Shown: piece after piece, positions 1 through 10,019 of the stretch
Layout: each line of letters opens with the position of its first letter
How positions within the stretch are numbered: the first letter of the stretch is position 1
DNA from: Candidatus Poribacteria bacterium
Lineage (GTDB): Bacteria; Poribacteria; WGA-4E; PCPOR2b
Direction: 5' to 3'
DNA: 64,000 nt
NCBI GenBank assembly: GCA_965218095.1
Contig: OZ244587.1
Coordinates: 5,280,001 to 5,344,000, forward strand
Program-made: the position numbers and the translations under genes
The notes under the pieces: generated by a model
The model's input: the letters and a program-made list of their open reading frames with translations, nothing else
What the model was told of the DNA's origin: nothing
Database searches by the model: none

Positions 1-136
1 TTGCAACTAGACAACTAACGTCGCATCTGAACTCAAGCTCTTAATCGTTAGATCGATATGTCACGTGGAACGGATTTTCTCGCAAATATAGTGATAGTAC
101 ACTTAAGTAAGTTCTGTGAAGAAAGGAGCGAAAAAT

Positions 137-931
137 ATGGGAAAAGTGTTTGTAATTACCTCCGGTAAAGGCGGGGTTGGTAAAAGCACTTCCACAGCGA
201 ATATCGGAACTGCTTTAGCCGTGCTGGGTAAAAAGGTTGTTGTTGTTGACGCAGACGTGGGATTGAGAAACCTTGACGTCATCATGGGCCTGGAGAGCCG
301 CGTCGTTTATACATCGATGGATGTGCTCGAAGGCGTTTGTGACCTCGAAAAGGCGCTTGTAAGAGATCGGCGAACAAAAGACCTCAACCTGCTTGCAGCT
401 TCTCAGAAGAATAACAAAAGCGATATTCAACCGGAACAGATGAAAAAGATCTGCTTTGAGCTGAAAGAGAAGTGCGATTACGTCCTCGTCGATTCACCCG
501 CTGGCATTGAGCAAGGGTTTCAGAACGCAGCAGTAGGTGCAGATGAGGCGCTTATCGTGACAACGCCCGAAATTGCATCGGTTAGAGATGCGGATCGAAT
601 CATCGGTTTGTTGCAGAACATGGAGATTAGTGACATACAACTCATCATCAATCGTCTCGCACCAGAAATGGTCGAAGCAGGGGATATGATGGAGCCGACG
701 GATGTCATTGACATTTTGTCAATTGATTTGGTTGGAGTCATCCCAGAGGATAAGGAAATTATCGTTTCAACCAACCGAGGGTTACCGTTAGCCTATAATC
801 ATAAGTCTGATGCTGGGCAGGCCTACAAACGTATCGCGCGGCGGCTTGCGGGAGAAGATATCCCAATTCCAGAGTTTAAGCCAGAAGGCTTGTTCGATAG
901 CTTGTTTGGCAAATTGTTCAAGTGGGGCTAA
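137..931 (+). CDS. minD: Septum site-determining ATPase MinD
   Basis: Deviant Walker A ITSGKGGVGKST, DADVGLRNLD, DSPAGIE and a C-terminal amphipathic helix (LFDSLFGKLF). AAGGAG precedes ATG 137. Confidence 0.97.
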   Translation: MGKVFVITSGKGGVGKSTSTANIGTALAVLGKKVVVVDADVGLRNLDVIMGLESRVVYTSMDVLEGVCDLEKALVRDRRTKDLNLLAASQKNNKSDIQPEQMKKICFELKEKCDYVLVDSPAGIEQGFQNAAVGADEALIVTTPEIASVRDADRIIGLLQNMEISDIQLIINRLAPEMVEAGDMMEPTDVIDILSIDLVGVIPEDKEIIVSTNRGLPLAYNHKSDAGQAYKRIARRLAGEDIPIPEFKPEGLFDSLFGKLFKWG

Positions 932-944
932 AAGGAGAAAACAG

Positions 945-1220
945 ATGTTCAAACGGTTAATACAGGTACTGAATCGGCAACCGAAGAGCAAAAGTGTCGC
1001 AAAAAGCCGTCTGCAATTGATCTTAGTGCAAGACCGCACCGGGGTTGATGAAGAGGTCATGAAAAGCTTGCAAGCAGACTTGACTGAAGTGCTGTCAAAG
1101 TATTTTATACTGAAACCAGATCATGTCGAGATGGATCTACAGCGGGAAAAAGACTCAATGGCGCTCGTTGCAAACATCCCGGTCTTTGGTATGAAAGTCC
1201 GTCATCCCATGCAGGCGTGA
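945..1220 (+). CDS. minE: Cell division topological specificity factor MinE
   Basis: SKSVAKSRLQLILVQDR ... ALVANIPV; directly after minD, with an AAGGAG RBS. Confidence 0.95.
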   Translation: MFKRLIQVLNRQPKSKSVAKSRLQLILVQDRTGVDEEVMKSLQADLTEVLSKYFILKPDHVEMDLQREKDSMALVANIPVFGMKVRHPMQA

Positions 1221-1252
1221 TTCGGTTGCGGATTGCAGCCCCGACGAATGCC

Positions 1253-2056
1253 TCAAAGCAGCAGACGCTCAACGGCAAGGGCTACCCCATCATTGTGATT
1301 GGTGTCTGTGATGTAATTTGCGCAAGCCTTAATCTCATCAACGGAATTTCCCATGGCGACCCGAAAACCGGCGACTTCCATCATGCTTTCATCGTTGTAG
1401 CCGTCGCCAAACGCGACAAGCAGATCGGTGGAGATGTCGAATTGGGCGGCGAGGGCTTTCAGCGCCCGTCCTTTCGATACCTGCGGGTTCATAAACTCAA
1501 TGTATTCAACCTGCGTCCGTGTCACATACAACTGCTCGCCAAACTTTTCCTTGCATTCAATCAGAAGTTGATCGATTTTTTTAGGCGTATCCAGGATTTG
1601 CATCTTCGTAGGTTCTTCGCCGTCTAATTGGTGCAAATCGCCGAGCGCCGTCGCTGCAACCTCTGTCCTCGTCTCATACAACTCACTCCACGGATTGACC
1701 TCCTTGATATACAACTGATCATTCAAACAGAAGTTCAGATGCAATACGCTCTGATCACAATATTCGACGAGCGCCGTTGCATCCGGCGCAGGGATGGGCG
1801 TGTGGTGAAAGACTTCGCCCGTTTTGGTGTGCTTGACCATCCCACCGTTGTATGAGATGATCGGATTTTCTAGCCCAATCTGATCGCTGATTGGCAGAAT
1901 CGATTGATGCATCCTGCCCGAAACCAGCACGACCACAACGCCTTGCGCTGATAATTTTTGAAGCGCTTCGCAATTCCGATCTGTCACAACGTGATCATCA
2001 TTCAATAGCGTTCCATCCAAATCCAAAGCCGCCAAACGGCATCCAATTTTTCCCAT
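1253..2056 (-). CDS. Cof-type HAD-IIB hydrolase
   Basis: DLDGTLL, SGR, SKGRAL, FGDGYND and AMGN motifs. Confidence 0.93.
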   Translation of the reverse strand: MGKIGCRLAALDLDGTLLNDDHVVTDRNCEALQKLSAQGVVVVLVSGRMHQSILPISDQIGLENPIISYNGGMVKHTKTGEVFHHTPIPAPDATALVEYCDQSVLHLNFCLNDQLYIKEVNPWSELYETRTEVAATALGDLHQLDGEEPTKMQILDTPKKIDQLLIECKEKFGEQLYVTRTQVEYIEFMNPQVSKGRALKALAAQFDISTDLLVAFGDGYNDESMMEVAGFRVAMGNSVDEIKACANYITDTNHNDGVALAVERLLL

Positions 2057-2346
2057 CTGTTTTCTCCTTGTACCCAGTGCCTGAAAGGGGAATATTGTGT
2101 TTGACCTCGTCAACTCTATGCGTTCTTATAGTTCTGTTTTCCGTCCGGTTGATTCAATAGCTGCTATAGCTTTTCTTTGGTTTCCGGTGAAAGGGAACGT
2201 ATATCTTCCGCTGTAACGGAATGGACGCGCTCTTCGAATTGTTGTCAGTAGCCATCAAATCTACTATTCCAAAGTCTGATTTTGCTGCACGAAATCAAAA
2301 TTGTCCAGATCGATGTCTACAACTCGCTGTTTGGTCGCCAGCGGAT

Positions 2347-3465
2347 TCAGCAGATCGCCTTTTCAGTATAGCGATCAAACAGATGAATGTGTTTCGCATC
2401 GAAATCGAGCCAGACTAACTGTCCAATATCAATCCGGAATGCGGGATGTGTACGTGCTCTGAGGAAGATGAAATCGCCTGTGGCGGAATTTTCGCCCAGA
2501 AAGATATCGATAATATTGACTGAACCCAGCGCTTCGACAAGATGTACCGCTGCTTTGACGCCCTTCTCAACCGGCTCTTTTGAGACGATAGTATGTTCCG
2601 GACGAACCCCAAAGACCAATTCATGGGAACTTGCCCCTTGACGGACAAGCCCCATCTGTTTATCGGACAACCTTATCGAAACATCGGTGTGCGTCAGATG
2701 CAAAACCGGCTTGCCGTCCAATGACTCAACCTCGCTAGCGATCAGGTTCATTGATGGACTCCCCATAAATTCCGCGACAAACAGGCTCTCCGGCTGATTA
2801 TACACTTCTTGGGGTGTCCCAATCTGCTGAAGCACTCCCAGGTGCATGACAGCGATTCGGTCTGCCATCGACATCGCTTCAATCTGATCATGGGTGACGA
2901 AAATCGTCGTCGCCCCTAGTTCACGCTGAAGGCGTTTGAGCTCGGATCGCATATCCACTCGCAGCTTTGCGTCGAGGTTCGACATCGGCTCATCCATCAA
3001 GAACGCCTTGGGATGACGAACCATCGCCCGCCCCAACGCGACGCGCTGCATTTCCCCGCCGCTCAGATGGCTCGGCTTCCGATTAAGCATCGCCTCAATT
3101 CGCAGGATGTCCGCAACTTCTTTCACCCGTTTCTGAATTTCGGGTTTGGGCGCCTTCACGGCTTTGAGCGGAAATGCGATGTTATCATAAACAGTCAGGT
3201 GTGGATAAAGCGCGTAAAATTGGAACACAAACGCGATGTCTCGATCGGCCGGCGATAGTTCATTCATCCGATTTCCATCAATAAAGATGTCACCTTCTTC
3301 GGGGTGTTCTAACCCGGCGATTGCCCTGAGCGTGGTTGTCTTCCCACAGCCAGAGGGGCCCAGGAAAACCACAAATTCTTGATCATGAATTTCAAGGTTC
3401 ATGTTGTTGATGGCAACGACATCCCCAAAACGTTTTGTGACGTGTTCAAGTTTGATTTCTGCCAT
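2347..3465 (-). CDS. Sugar ABC transporter ATP-binding protein (MalK/UgpC family)
   Basis: GPSGCGKTT, LSGGEMQR, MDEP, VTHDQ and a C-terminal TOBE-like region. Confidence 0.95.
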   Translation of the reverse strand: MAEIKLEHVTKRFGDVVAINNMNLEIHDQEFVVFLGPSGCGKTTTLRAIAGLEHPEEGDIFIDGNRMNELSPADRDIAFVFQFYALYPHLTVYDNIAFPLKAVKAPKPEIQKRVKEVADILRIEAMLNRKPSHLSGGEMQRVALGRAMVRHPKAFLMDEPMSNLDAKLRVDMRSELKRLQRELGATTIFVTHDQIEAMSMADRIAVMHLGVLQQIGTPQEVYNQPESLFVAEFMGSPSMNLIASEVESLDGKPVLHLTHTDVSIRLSDKQMGLVRQGASSHELVFGVRPEHTIVSKEPVEKGVKAAVHLVEALGSVNIIDIFLGENSATGDFIFLRARTHPAFRIDIGQLVWLDFDAKHIHLFDRYTEKAIC

Positions 3466-3836
3466 CTAATTTCAGGATGGTTCATTTTCCATTCTATCAC
3501 TAAATATTTAGTGCGCACTATGACAGCCTCTTCATCAAACGTGACGAGTGATAAGTGACAAGTGATTCACCTATCATTCACCACTCGTTACTCATCACTC
3601 TTATGTCGTAAGGCTATAAGGGGAATAGATCAATCTTTTTCACGCATTTAGTGATGGCATACCATCCCCTCCTGCCTCATATCTTAGCATACCAACATAA
3701 AAATTGAAACCCAAAATGATAATGCGTGAATCACGAAGAATTGGTATAATAACCCAAGTTGCTAGTAATTGAAAATCCATGGGTTTTCCGTTAAAGTAGA
3801 GGTAATCCAAACCATAATACCTCAAAGGAGAAACCC

Positions 3837-4636
3837 ATGGACATACAAATTGTAACCATTTTCTATCTCTGTGACAAGCTCTTAGAAGCACTCAACTCAA
3901 AACCACACCCACAAACGCAGATGTCTGATGCCGAAGTGATGACCACCGGCATCGTCGCTGCGTTGTTCTTCGGGGCAAACTTGCAAACCACTTGTGACTT
4001 TCTAAAGACTCATGGCTATATACCCAAGATGCTTTCAAAAAGTCGATTCAACCGACGACTTCATCGAATTAAACCGATGTTCACCCCATTGTTCAAAATC
4101 TTGGGACGAAGCTATGTGCAACTTAATCAACAGAAAATCTATGCACTGGATACCATACCAATTGCTGTTTGTTCCGCATTCGTCGGTCAAAAATCTACAC
4201 CGATAAGGCATATCGAGGCTATCAAGCGTCCAAACGTCGGTATTTCTATGGCTTGAAAGTTCATCTGCTAGTGACTGCGAGTCGACACCCTGTTGAATTT
4301 TTTGTGACCCCAGCCAGTACAGGGGACGTTGAAGGGTTACAGTGGTTTGACTTCGACTTGCCACCGGGCTATGGTGACAAAGCATACAATAATTATGAGA
4401 TAGAAGATATTGTTACATCAGTCGGAGTCGAATTAAAGCCAGTACGCAAGAAGAATTCCAAGCGGCTGTATCCACCATGGGAGACCTACTTGGCTAATTA
4501 CCATCGTAAGTCTGTTGAGACGGCTGGCAGTTTGATTAACAAACTGCTTCCACGTTCAATCCATGCAGTAACGCAACACGGATTTGAATTGAAAGTGGTC
4601 TTGTTTGTATTGGCTAGCAGTATCAATCAGCTCTGA
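3837..4636 (+). pseudogene. IS982 transposase, frameshifted
   Basis: Two overlapping ORFs (SDAEV..SRFNRR; YFYGLKVH..GDKAY..RKSVET) with a frameshift near 4170. Confidence 0.88.
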
Positions 4637-4669
4637 GTTCACTCACATATTCAGTTCACTCACATATTC
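4636..4669 (+). repeat. 17-bp tandem duplication AGTTCACTCACATATTC x2 inside the IS982 right end
   Basis: Exact repeat at 4636-4652 and 4653-4669. Confidence 0.9.
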
Positions 4670-4707
4670 GATGAATAGGTCGCAACTTGGGTTATAATAA
4701 CACATAA

Positions 4708-5871
4708 ATGACAACATGGGCAGAAATAGACCTTTCCGCAATCAAATCCAACGCACAGGCAATCAGAGCGTATACCGAGGGTAAGCTGCTGATCGCCGTT
4801 ATCAAGGCAGACGCTTACGGGCACGGTGTGATTCCTGTTGCGAGAGCGTTAAGCGAAGAAGCCGCGATGTACGCTGTTGCCACAGTTGAGGAAGCTGTCG
4901 AATTGCGTGCGGCTGGGGTCAGGAAGCCAATTCTCGTGCTGTTCAATGCCCTGCCCGACCAAACGGAAACAGTTGTCCGGCATCAACTGACGCAGTCAGT
5001 GTGTGAATCAATGCTCTGCCAAACGTTGTCCCGCACCGCTCAAGCATCGAATCGACAGATTAAAGTTCACGTTGATGTGGACACCGGCATGAATCGCGGT
5101 GGAATATGGTATACGGAAGCTGTTGGTTTCATCCAGTGGTTGACATCGCTGGAGGGGGTTGAGATTCAGGGAATCTTCACACACTTTGCAGCGGCGGACG
5201 AAGCCGACAAAAGCCACGCACATCTTCAGTTAAAACGGTTCAAGTCCGTGCTTCAGGCTCTCTCCAACCTCAACCTACGCCCCCCGATTGCGCATGCCGC
5301 CAACAGTGCAGCGATGTTGACGCTTCCCGACTCCCATTTTGATGCAGTTCGTGTGGGCTTGGGTTTATACGGCGTTTATCCATCGTCTGACGTCAGAGGA
5401 GCGAGTGCTGTGTCCTTGTGTCCTGCCCTGAGTTGGAGGGCGCGAGTCATCAGCTTGCATGAAGCGACGCCAGGGGAAGGGGTCAGCTACGGCTCCACTT
5501 ACAAAATCAATCAGCCGACATGGTTAGCCACTCTGCCCGTTGGCTACGCCGATGGCTATTCACGTGCCCTATCGAATCGTGGTGAAGCGTTGATCGGAGG
5601 GGCAAGGTGTCAACTAGTCGGATCGGTTTGTATGGACGGCACCGTCTTTCGGATCGAGCCGCCGAAGGGAGGACGCGCGGATCTGCCCCTACGCATTGGC
5701 GATGAAGCGGTGCTGATCGGGGAGCAGGGAGATTTGGAGATTACCGTCGATCGGGTTGCGGAGAAGGCGGGAACCATCTCGTATGAGATTTTGACAGGAC
5801 TCGGGAAACGGATCTCTCGGGTTTATGTGAATCGAAAATCAGAAGCATTTGACATCAGAGCGGAAGGATGA
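4708..5871 (+). CDS. alr: Alanine racemase
   Basis: AVIKADAYGHG (PLP lysine), DTGMNRGG, HAANSAA, GYADGY, VCMD and TISYE motifs. Confidence 0.97.
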   Translation: MTTWAEIDLSAIKSNAQAIRAYTEGKLLIAVIKADAYGHGVIPVARALSEEAAMYAVATVEEAVELRAAGVRKPILVLFNALPDQTETVVRHQLTQSVCESMLCQTLSRTAQASNRQIKVHVDVDTGMNRGGIWYTEAVGFIQWLTSLEGVEIQGIFTHFAAADEADKSHAHLQLKRFKSVLQALSNLNLRPPIAHAANSAAMLTLPDSHFDAVRVGLGLYGVYPSSDVRGASAVSLCPALSWRARVISLHEATPGEGVSYGSTYKINQPTWLATLPVGYADGYSRALSNRGEALIGGARCQLVGSVCMDGTVFRIEPPKGGRADLPLRIGDEAVLIGEQGDLEITVDRVAEKAGTISYEILTGLGKRISRVYVNRKSEAFDIRAEG

Positions 5872-5962
5872 TAAACTGAGTAACGCAACTTATCATTGGC
5901 CACGTCATTTCATGATAACCCTCCATACCTCTGTAGATAAGGGGCCGTTAGCTTGTCTACCA

Positions 5963-6187
5963 ATGAACACGGGGGGCAGATCGTCACCCTTGATAGAGCG
6001 GGAAACCTTACAGGGACGCTCCCATAAAGTCACGAGCGTTTTACACCTGCAAAGGAGAGCAATCAAGCGACTCAACACGAACTTTTCTGAAATTGTTCGT
6101 GAATGTGTCATCAACGATTTGCCGAAGCTAATCGATCGCGAAACCAAAGCAATAAAAGCACGCAAGCAACAGCTGAAATCCATATAG
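5963..6187 (+). CDS. Small hypothetical protein, possibly ribbon-helix-helix-like
   Basis: NFSEIVRECV helix resembles RHH/antitoxin proteins; start uncertain. Confidence 0.35.
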   Translation: MNTGGRSSPLIERETLQGRSHKVTSVLHLQRRAIKRLNTNFSEIVRECVINDLPKLIDRETKAIKARKQQLKSI

Positions 6188-6244
6188 TGATTGACTTTCG
6201 TAGCTTGGAAAAAAGCACGGAAAAATCACCGAAAAGAGTTTACC

Positions 6245-6565
6245 ATGAGCACTGAGAACCACGACCGCGAAACCAACAATGAAGTTGAGGCGTTGCAACC
6301 CAAAACGCAACCGGGCTTTAGCGAGGGCACCGTAACAAGACCTGAGATGCCCACACGCCCGCCGATACTGGGACTTGAATCCACAGCCACACCCGTACAC
6401 CTCCCCGCACCTACCCACGAAATCGGAACGCTCCCGGTTCCTGACATAGAAGTGCCGTCCGTTGTTGGGCATGAACCGACACTTGCGCCAGATGAAACGC
6501 CACTCCCCGATGTACCCGAACCCCGTCAGTTCCCGGTGCGCTTGCAGAAGGAGGATTTTCGATGA
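6245..6565 (+). CDS. Pro-rich, probably disordered hypothetical protein
   Basis: ATG 6245; P/E/T-rich; stop overlaps the start of the next gene (ATGA coupling). Confidence 0.5.
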   Translation: MSTENHDRETNNEVEALQPKTQPGFSEGTVTRPEMPTRPPILGLESTATPVHLPAPTHEIGTLPVPDIEVPSVVGHEPTLAPDETPLPDVPEPRQFPVRLQKEDFR

Positions 6566-7716
6566 AACATCAGAACAAATCATTGTGGCAGCTGCCTCTG
6601 GTTACACTTGCGGTCGTGCTGCTATTTTGCACCACAAGCAACGCCCAGACCGTGCCACAGGTTGCAGAAAAAGCATTAGCCGCTACCGTACCTTTAGAGA
6701 TGCAGGGTAGAAACGGTGTCGCACTCGGATTTGGCAGTGGCTTTTTCGTCCGACGCAACCTCATTGCAACAAACTACCACGTCATCGAAGGGGCGGCGCG
6801 AGGCACCGCGAAGTTGGTTGATAAGGATACGACGTACGCCATTGAAGGTATCACGGCAACTGATAAAACAAACGACCTCGCACTTCTAAAGGTCACTGTG
6901 TATGGTATCAAACCCCTTCCACTGGGCGACAGCGACACGGTTCGGATTGGCGAAACGGTTTACGTCGCGGGCAACCCGTTGGGTTTAGAAGGCACAGTCT
7001 CGGATGGCATCATCATCAGTCGCCGCGATAGAGACGCGAAAGAACGTTTCCAGATGACTGCGCCGATCTCTCCGGGCAGCAGTGGGGGACCGGTGCTAAA
7101 CCGCAAGGGTGAAGTAATCGGGGTGTCAGTCTCAGCCTACCGTGGGCTATATGCACAGAATCTCAATTTTGCGATTCCTTCAAATGCGCTCAAAACGCTA
7201 CTTGCACGATCGGGAACAGTCAAACCCTTTTCGCAAGAGAGTCAATCCATATCTGCTGAGACTTATTTCATTAGAGGCTATGAGAAGGCAGAATTGGGGG
7301 ATTATAAGGGGGCGATTACGGACTACACCCAAGCCATCTACCTCAAACCCGATGATGCCTTTGCTTACTGCTTTCGCGGACTTGCGAAATATGATCTGGG
7401 ACGATACGCTGTCGCCATTTCTGATTATAACACTGCTATCCAACTCTTCCCAGATTATGCTTTTTTTTACTTCAATCGGGGAAATGCGAAGGCTCGCTTA
7501 GGGCAACATTTCGCCGCTATCGCAGATTATGACACGGCTATCCGCTTCCAACCCGATGATGCCAAAGCCTACTGCAATCGGGGTATTGCAAAGGGGAGTC
7601 TGGGACGTTTTGGGGAGGGGAAGCAAGATCTCAGGGCTGCCTTGAAACTTGCAGAAAGAGCTGGCAATGAAAGTCTCAAAACCGAGATTGAGGCATTCCT
7701 TCAAACGGTTGACTAG
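6562..7716 (+). CDS. Secreted trypsin-like (S1C) serine protease with C-terminal TPR repeats
   Basis: Signal peptide; GSGFFV, TNYHV, DLALL and ISPGSSGGP triad motifs; about four TPRs (AITDYTQAI..AY..RG). Confidence 0.93.
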   Translation: MKHQNKSLWQLPLVTLAVVLLFCTTSNAQTVPQVAEKALAATVPLEMQGRNGVALGFGSGFFVRRNLIATNYHVIEGAARGTAKLVDKDTTYAIEGITATDKTNDLALLKVTVYGIKPLPLGDSDTVRIGETVYVAGNPLGLEGTVSDGIIISRRDRDAKERFQMTAPISPGSSGGPVLNRKGEVIGVSVSAYRGLYAQNLNFAIPSNALKTLLARSGTVKPFSQESQSISAETYFIRGYEKAELGDYKGAITDYTQAIYLKPDDAFAYCFRGLAKYDLGRYAVAISDYNTAIQLFPDYAFFYFNRGNAKARLGQHFAAIADYDTAIRFQPDDAKAYCNRGIAKGSLGRFGEGKQDLRAALKLAERAGNESLKTEIEAFLQTVD

Positions 7717-7778
7717 TGGGACTGAACCCGTCGCGCGGAAGGGGGGGGACAATTATGGACTTTTCTGCATGGTCCCCA

Positions 7779-7940
7779 TCACATCTGATCGTGGCGGGGC
7801 TCGGCTTTGCTACGATACATGGCGTAATATCGCCGATGTAAAGCGATACAATGATTGTAGACATGGCTATACCCGTTGATTTGACGGTGTAGATGCCGAT
7901 TCCGCCTATGATGATACAATTTGAACTTGTAAGTTTTCAT
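7779..7940 (-). pseudogene. tnpB: Truncated TnpB (IS200/IS605) N-terminus, 53 aa
   Basis: Hand translation MKTYKFKLYHHRRNRHLHRQINGYSHVYNHCIALHRRYYAMY matches the TnpB N-terminal pattern (YxFKLY..YNxxxxL); it stops after 53 aa. Confidence 0.75.
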
Positions 7941-8130
7941 GGAATTCACCGTTCACCGCATCAACCCACTGGAATGGGTGTCAAGGGCGGTTGGCGGGGT
8001 TGCCAACCGTCCAGTCCCTTGACAACGATGATAGCGAATTATACCATGCAACGCCTTGAAACTCAAGGCTAAAGCGGTCTGTATCCCAAGTCTAAAGACT
8101 TGGGTTTTAGACCTAAAGGGAGTTTAGATA
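7779..8130 (-). mobile_element. IS605/IS1341-type element relic (end hairpin plus truncated tnpB)
   Basis: Hairpin CCCAAGTC-TAAA-GACTTGGG followed by TTTTAGACC (about 8084-8112), and a GTCAAGGG..CCCTTGAC stem (about 7979-8023), both upstream of the tnpB fragment. Confidence 0.7.
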
Positions 8131-8143
8131 ATAGGGGAGCCTC

Positions 8144-8365
8144 ATGACAACAGAACAAGCAACAACCCTGAAAATCACTTTAGAATCAATGTTCGAGCAC
8201 ATTGCCCAAAAACAGAATATAACGGAAGACCTTGAGCAGATCGAGCGTCTACATCAGGAGATTGGAGCGGCTGCACCGCCGACGCTACGCCACTACCTGC
8301 AACGCCGAAGTTATACCAAAGCGCTCGATTTTCTGAAGGATGGCTTCGTTGCTGATTCGGATTGA
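8144..8365 (+). CDS. Small helical hypothetical protein
   Basis: GGGGAG RBS; 73 aa ending LRHYLQRRSYTKALDFL. Confidence 0.65.
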   Translation: MTTEQATTLKITLESMFEHIAQKQNITEDLEQIERLHQEIGAAAPPTLRHYLQRRSYTKALDFLKDGFVADSD

Positions 8366-8466
8366 CATCATATAAGGCTTAATTTAACTCAAATATGGGA
8401 AGTCCAGCAAACCAAATCCGCGACTAAAATGCCATGCAAGCCGTAAACTGCTCATTCCATACGTTA

Positions 8467-9302
8467 GGTTCTGTTGACATTTGAGTATAAGGTTGTGGCA
8501 TAATAGAAGAATGATGCCAATAACCTTACCTGATGACCAATGGAAAAAGATATACTCGTTTCTTCTAACTTGTCCCACCATCTATGTTGGCAACGAAGTG
8601 ACAACACGCCGCTTTATCGAAGCGGTTCTGTGGGCGACCCGTAGCGGTGCTCAATGGCGGATTCTGCCAGACACCTATGGTAAATGGAACACCCTCTATA
8701 AGCGTTTTGCTCGGTGGTGCGACAAAGGGGGCTTCACACAGATCCACCCCCACTTCGCCGCCGCCCCCGATATCGAGTCGCTTATTGTGGACAGTACAAT
8801 CATTCGAGCACACCCGTGTGCGGCGGGCGCCTTAAAAAGCTGGCGCCTTAAAAAAAAGGGTGGTACTGAAAACCAAGCGTTAGGTCGGTCTCGGGGCGGT
8901 TTCAGTACAAAAATTCACATCACCGTTGACGGCCTGGGTAATCCCCTAAGAATACATCTGACGCCCGGTCAAAGAAACGACATAGCGGAAGCAGAAGGGT
9001 TGATACTTGGATATAAAAGCGAGTATGTGATTGGAGACAAGGGATATGACTCCGACAATTTTATCGCTGTTATTGAGGCGAATGGAGCGATTGCGGTGAT
9101 ACCGCCCAAAAGTCATCGTGTGGATCAAAGAGATTACGACAAACATCTGTACAAAGAGAGACATCTGGTTGAATGTTTCATTAACAAGATAAAATGGTAT
9201 CGCCGCATCTTCTCTCGGTTCGAGAAGTTAGCTATCCGTTATTTTGGATTTCTCAGCTTTGTCTCCACTCTTATATGGCTCCCTTGAAATGTCAACAGAA
9301 CC
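8467..9302 (+). mobile_element. IS5-family (IS427-group-like) insertion sequence
   Basis: Perfect 16-bp IRs GGTTCTGTTGACATTT / AAATGTCAACAGAACC, each flanked by TA. Confidence 0.92.
8511..9287 (+). CDS. IS5-family transposase
   Basis: RSGAQWR.LP..YG.W, VDSTIIRAH, LGRSRGGFSTKIH, GDKGYDS and YKERHLVECF motifs. Confidence 0.93.
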   Translation: MMPITLPDDQWKKIYSFLLTCPTIYVGNEVTTRRFIEAVLWATRSGAQWRILPDTYGKWNTLYKRFARWCDKGGFTQIHPHFAAAPDIESLIVDSTIIRAHPCAAGALKSWRLKKKGGTENQALGRSRGGFSTKIHITVDGLGNPLRIHLTPGQRNDIAEAEGLILGYKSEYVIGDKGYDSDNFIAVIEANGAIAVIPPKSHRVDQRDYDKHLYKERHLVECFINKIKWYRRIFSRFEKLAIRYFGFLSFVSTLIWLP

Positions 9303-9309
9303 TAGAATA

Positions 9310-10017
9310 ATGAAAAAGAAAAAAGAAAACTATTTTAAGTCGGAAGCAGAGAAAATTTACGGTGAAGTAAAAGGATCATATAACCAAAAGAGTATCAAAA
9401 AGAGAATCGAAGCTCTTTTCCTCGATAACCTCGGAAAGATTCTATTGAGAGAACAAATCATCGAAGTAGCTAGAGACCCGATAACCCAAAAGGATCCTGA
9501 AAATTGGCATCAGAGGTTATCGGAGTTACGAACCGATGATGGATACACAATTTTGTCGTGGCGCAATCGGGGCGATCTAAAAATTCAAGAATACCTTATG
9601 CCTACCTCTGAAAAAAGGCAGCGAATCAACAGGAGGGTTCGTCCACATGACGAAGTATGGTTACAGATATTGGAAAAGGCGAATTACTCTTGTGAATGGG
9701 ATGAGGATGGTATTCGGTGTGAACTTGAGGATGGGCAAATAGATCCGATCGGAGGAGGCACCGTAAAACTGACGCCAGATCATAAGTCGCCACATTCCAT
9801 AAACGTTGAAACTGATCCAGACGATCCCAATCAATGGAGAGTCTTATGTGGGCGACATCAAGTCATGAAAAAGAATTTTTGGGATGATAGTACAGGTAAA
9901 ATCAATGTTTATGCTATTGTTCAAGCTGCAAGTAAAAAGGAAAAGCGGATTGTCTTTTCTTTTCTCCTAGATTATTTTGGGTATCAAATCAATGACGGGA
10001 AATTGGAGAAGGAGTAG
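9310..10017 (+). CDS. KpnI-like HNH Type II restriction endonuclease
   Basis: RIEALFLDNLGK, PENWHQRLSELRTD, DPIGGGTVKLTPDH and LCGRHQVMKKN.WD closely match R.KpnI as I recall it; adjacent to a methyltransferase. Confidence 0.85.
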   Translation: MKKKKENYFKSEAEKIYGEVKGSYNQKSIKKRIEALFLDNLGKILLREQIIEVARDPITQKDPENWHQRLSELRTDDGYTILSWRNRGDLKIQEYLMPTSEKRQRINRRVRPHDEVWLQILEKANYSCEWDEDGIRCELEDGQIDPIGGGTVKLTPDHKSPHSINVETDPDDPNQWRVLCGRHQVMKKNFWDDSTGKINVYAIVQAASKKEKRIVFSFLLDYFGYQINDGKLEKE

Positions 10018-10019
10018 GT

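Larger units (their letters stand above)
3752..4692 (+). mobile_element. IS982-family insertion sequence
   Basis: Terminal IRs ACCCAAGTTGC (3752) and GCAACTTGGGT (4692); 7-bp direct repeat TATAATA at 3745-3751 and 4693-4699; IS982-type transposase inside. Confidence 0.9.
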
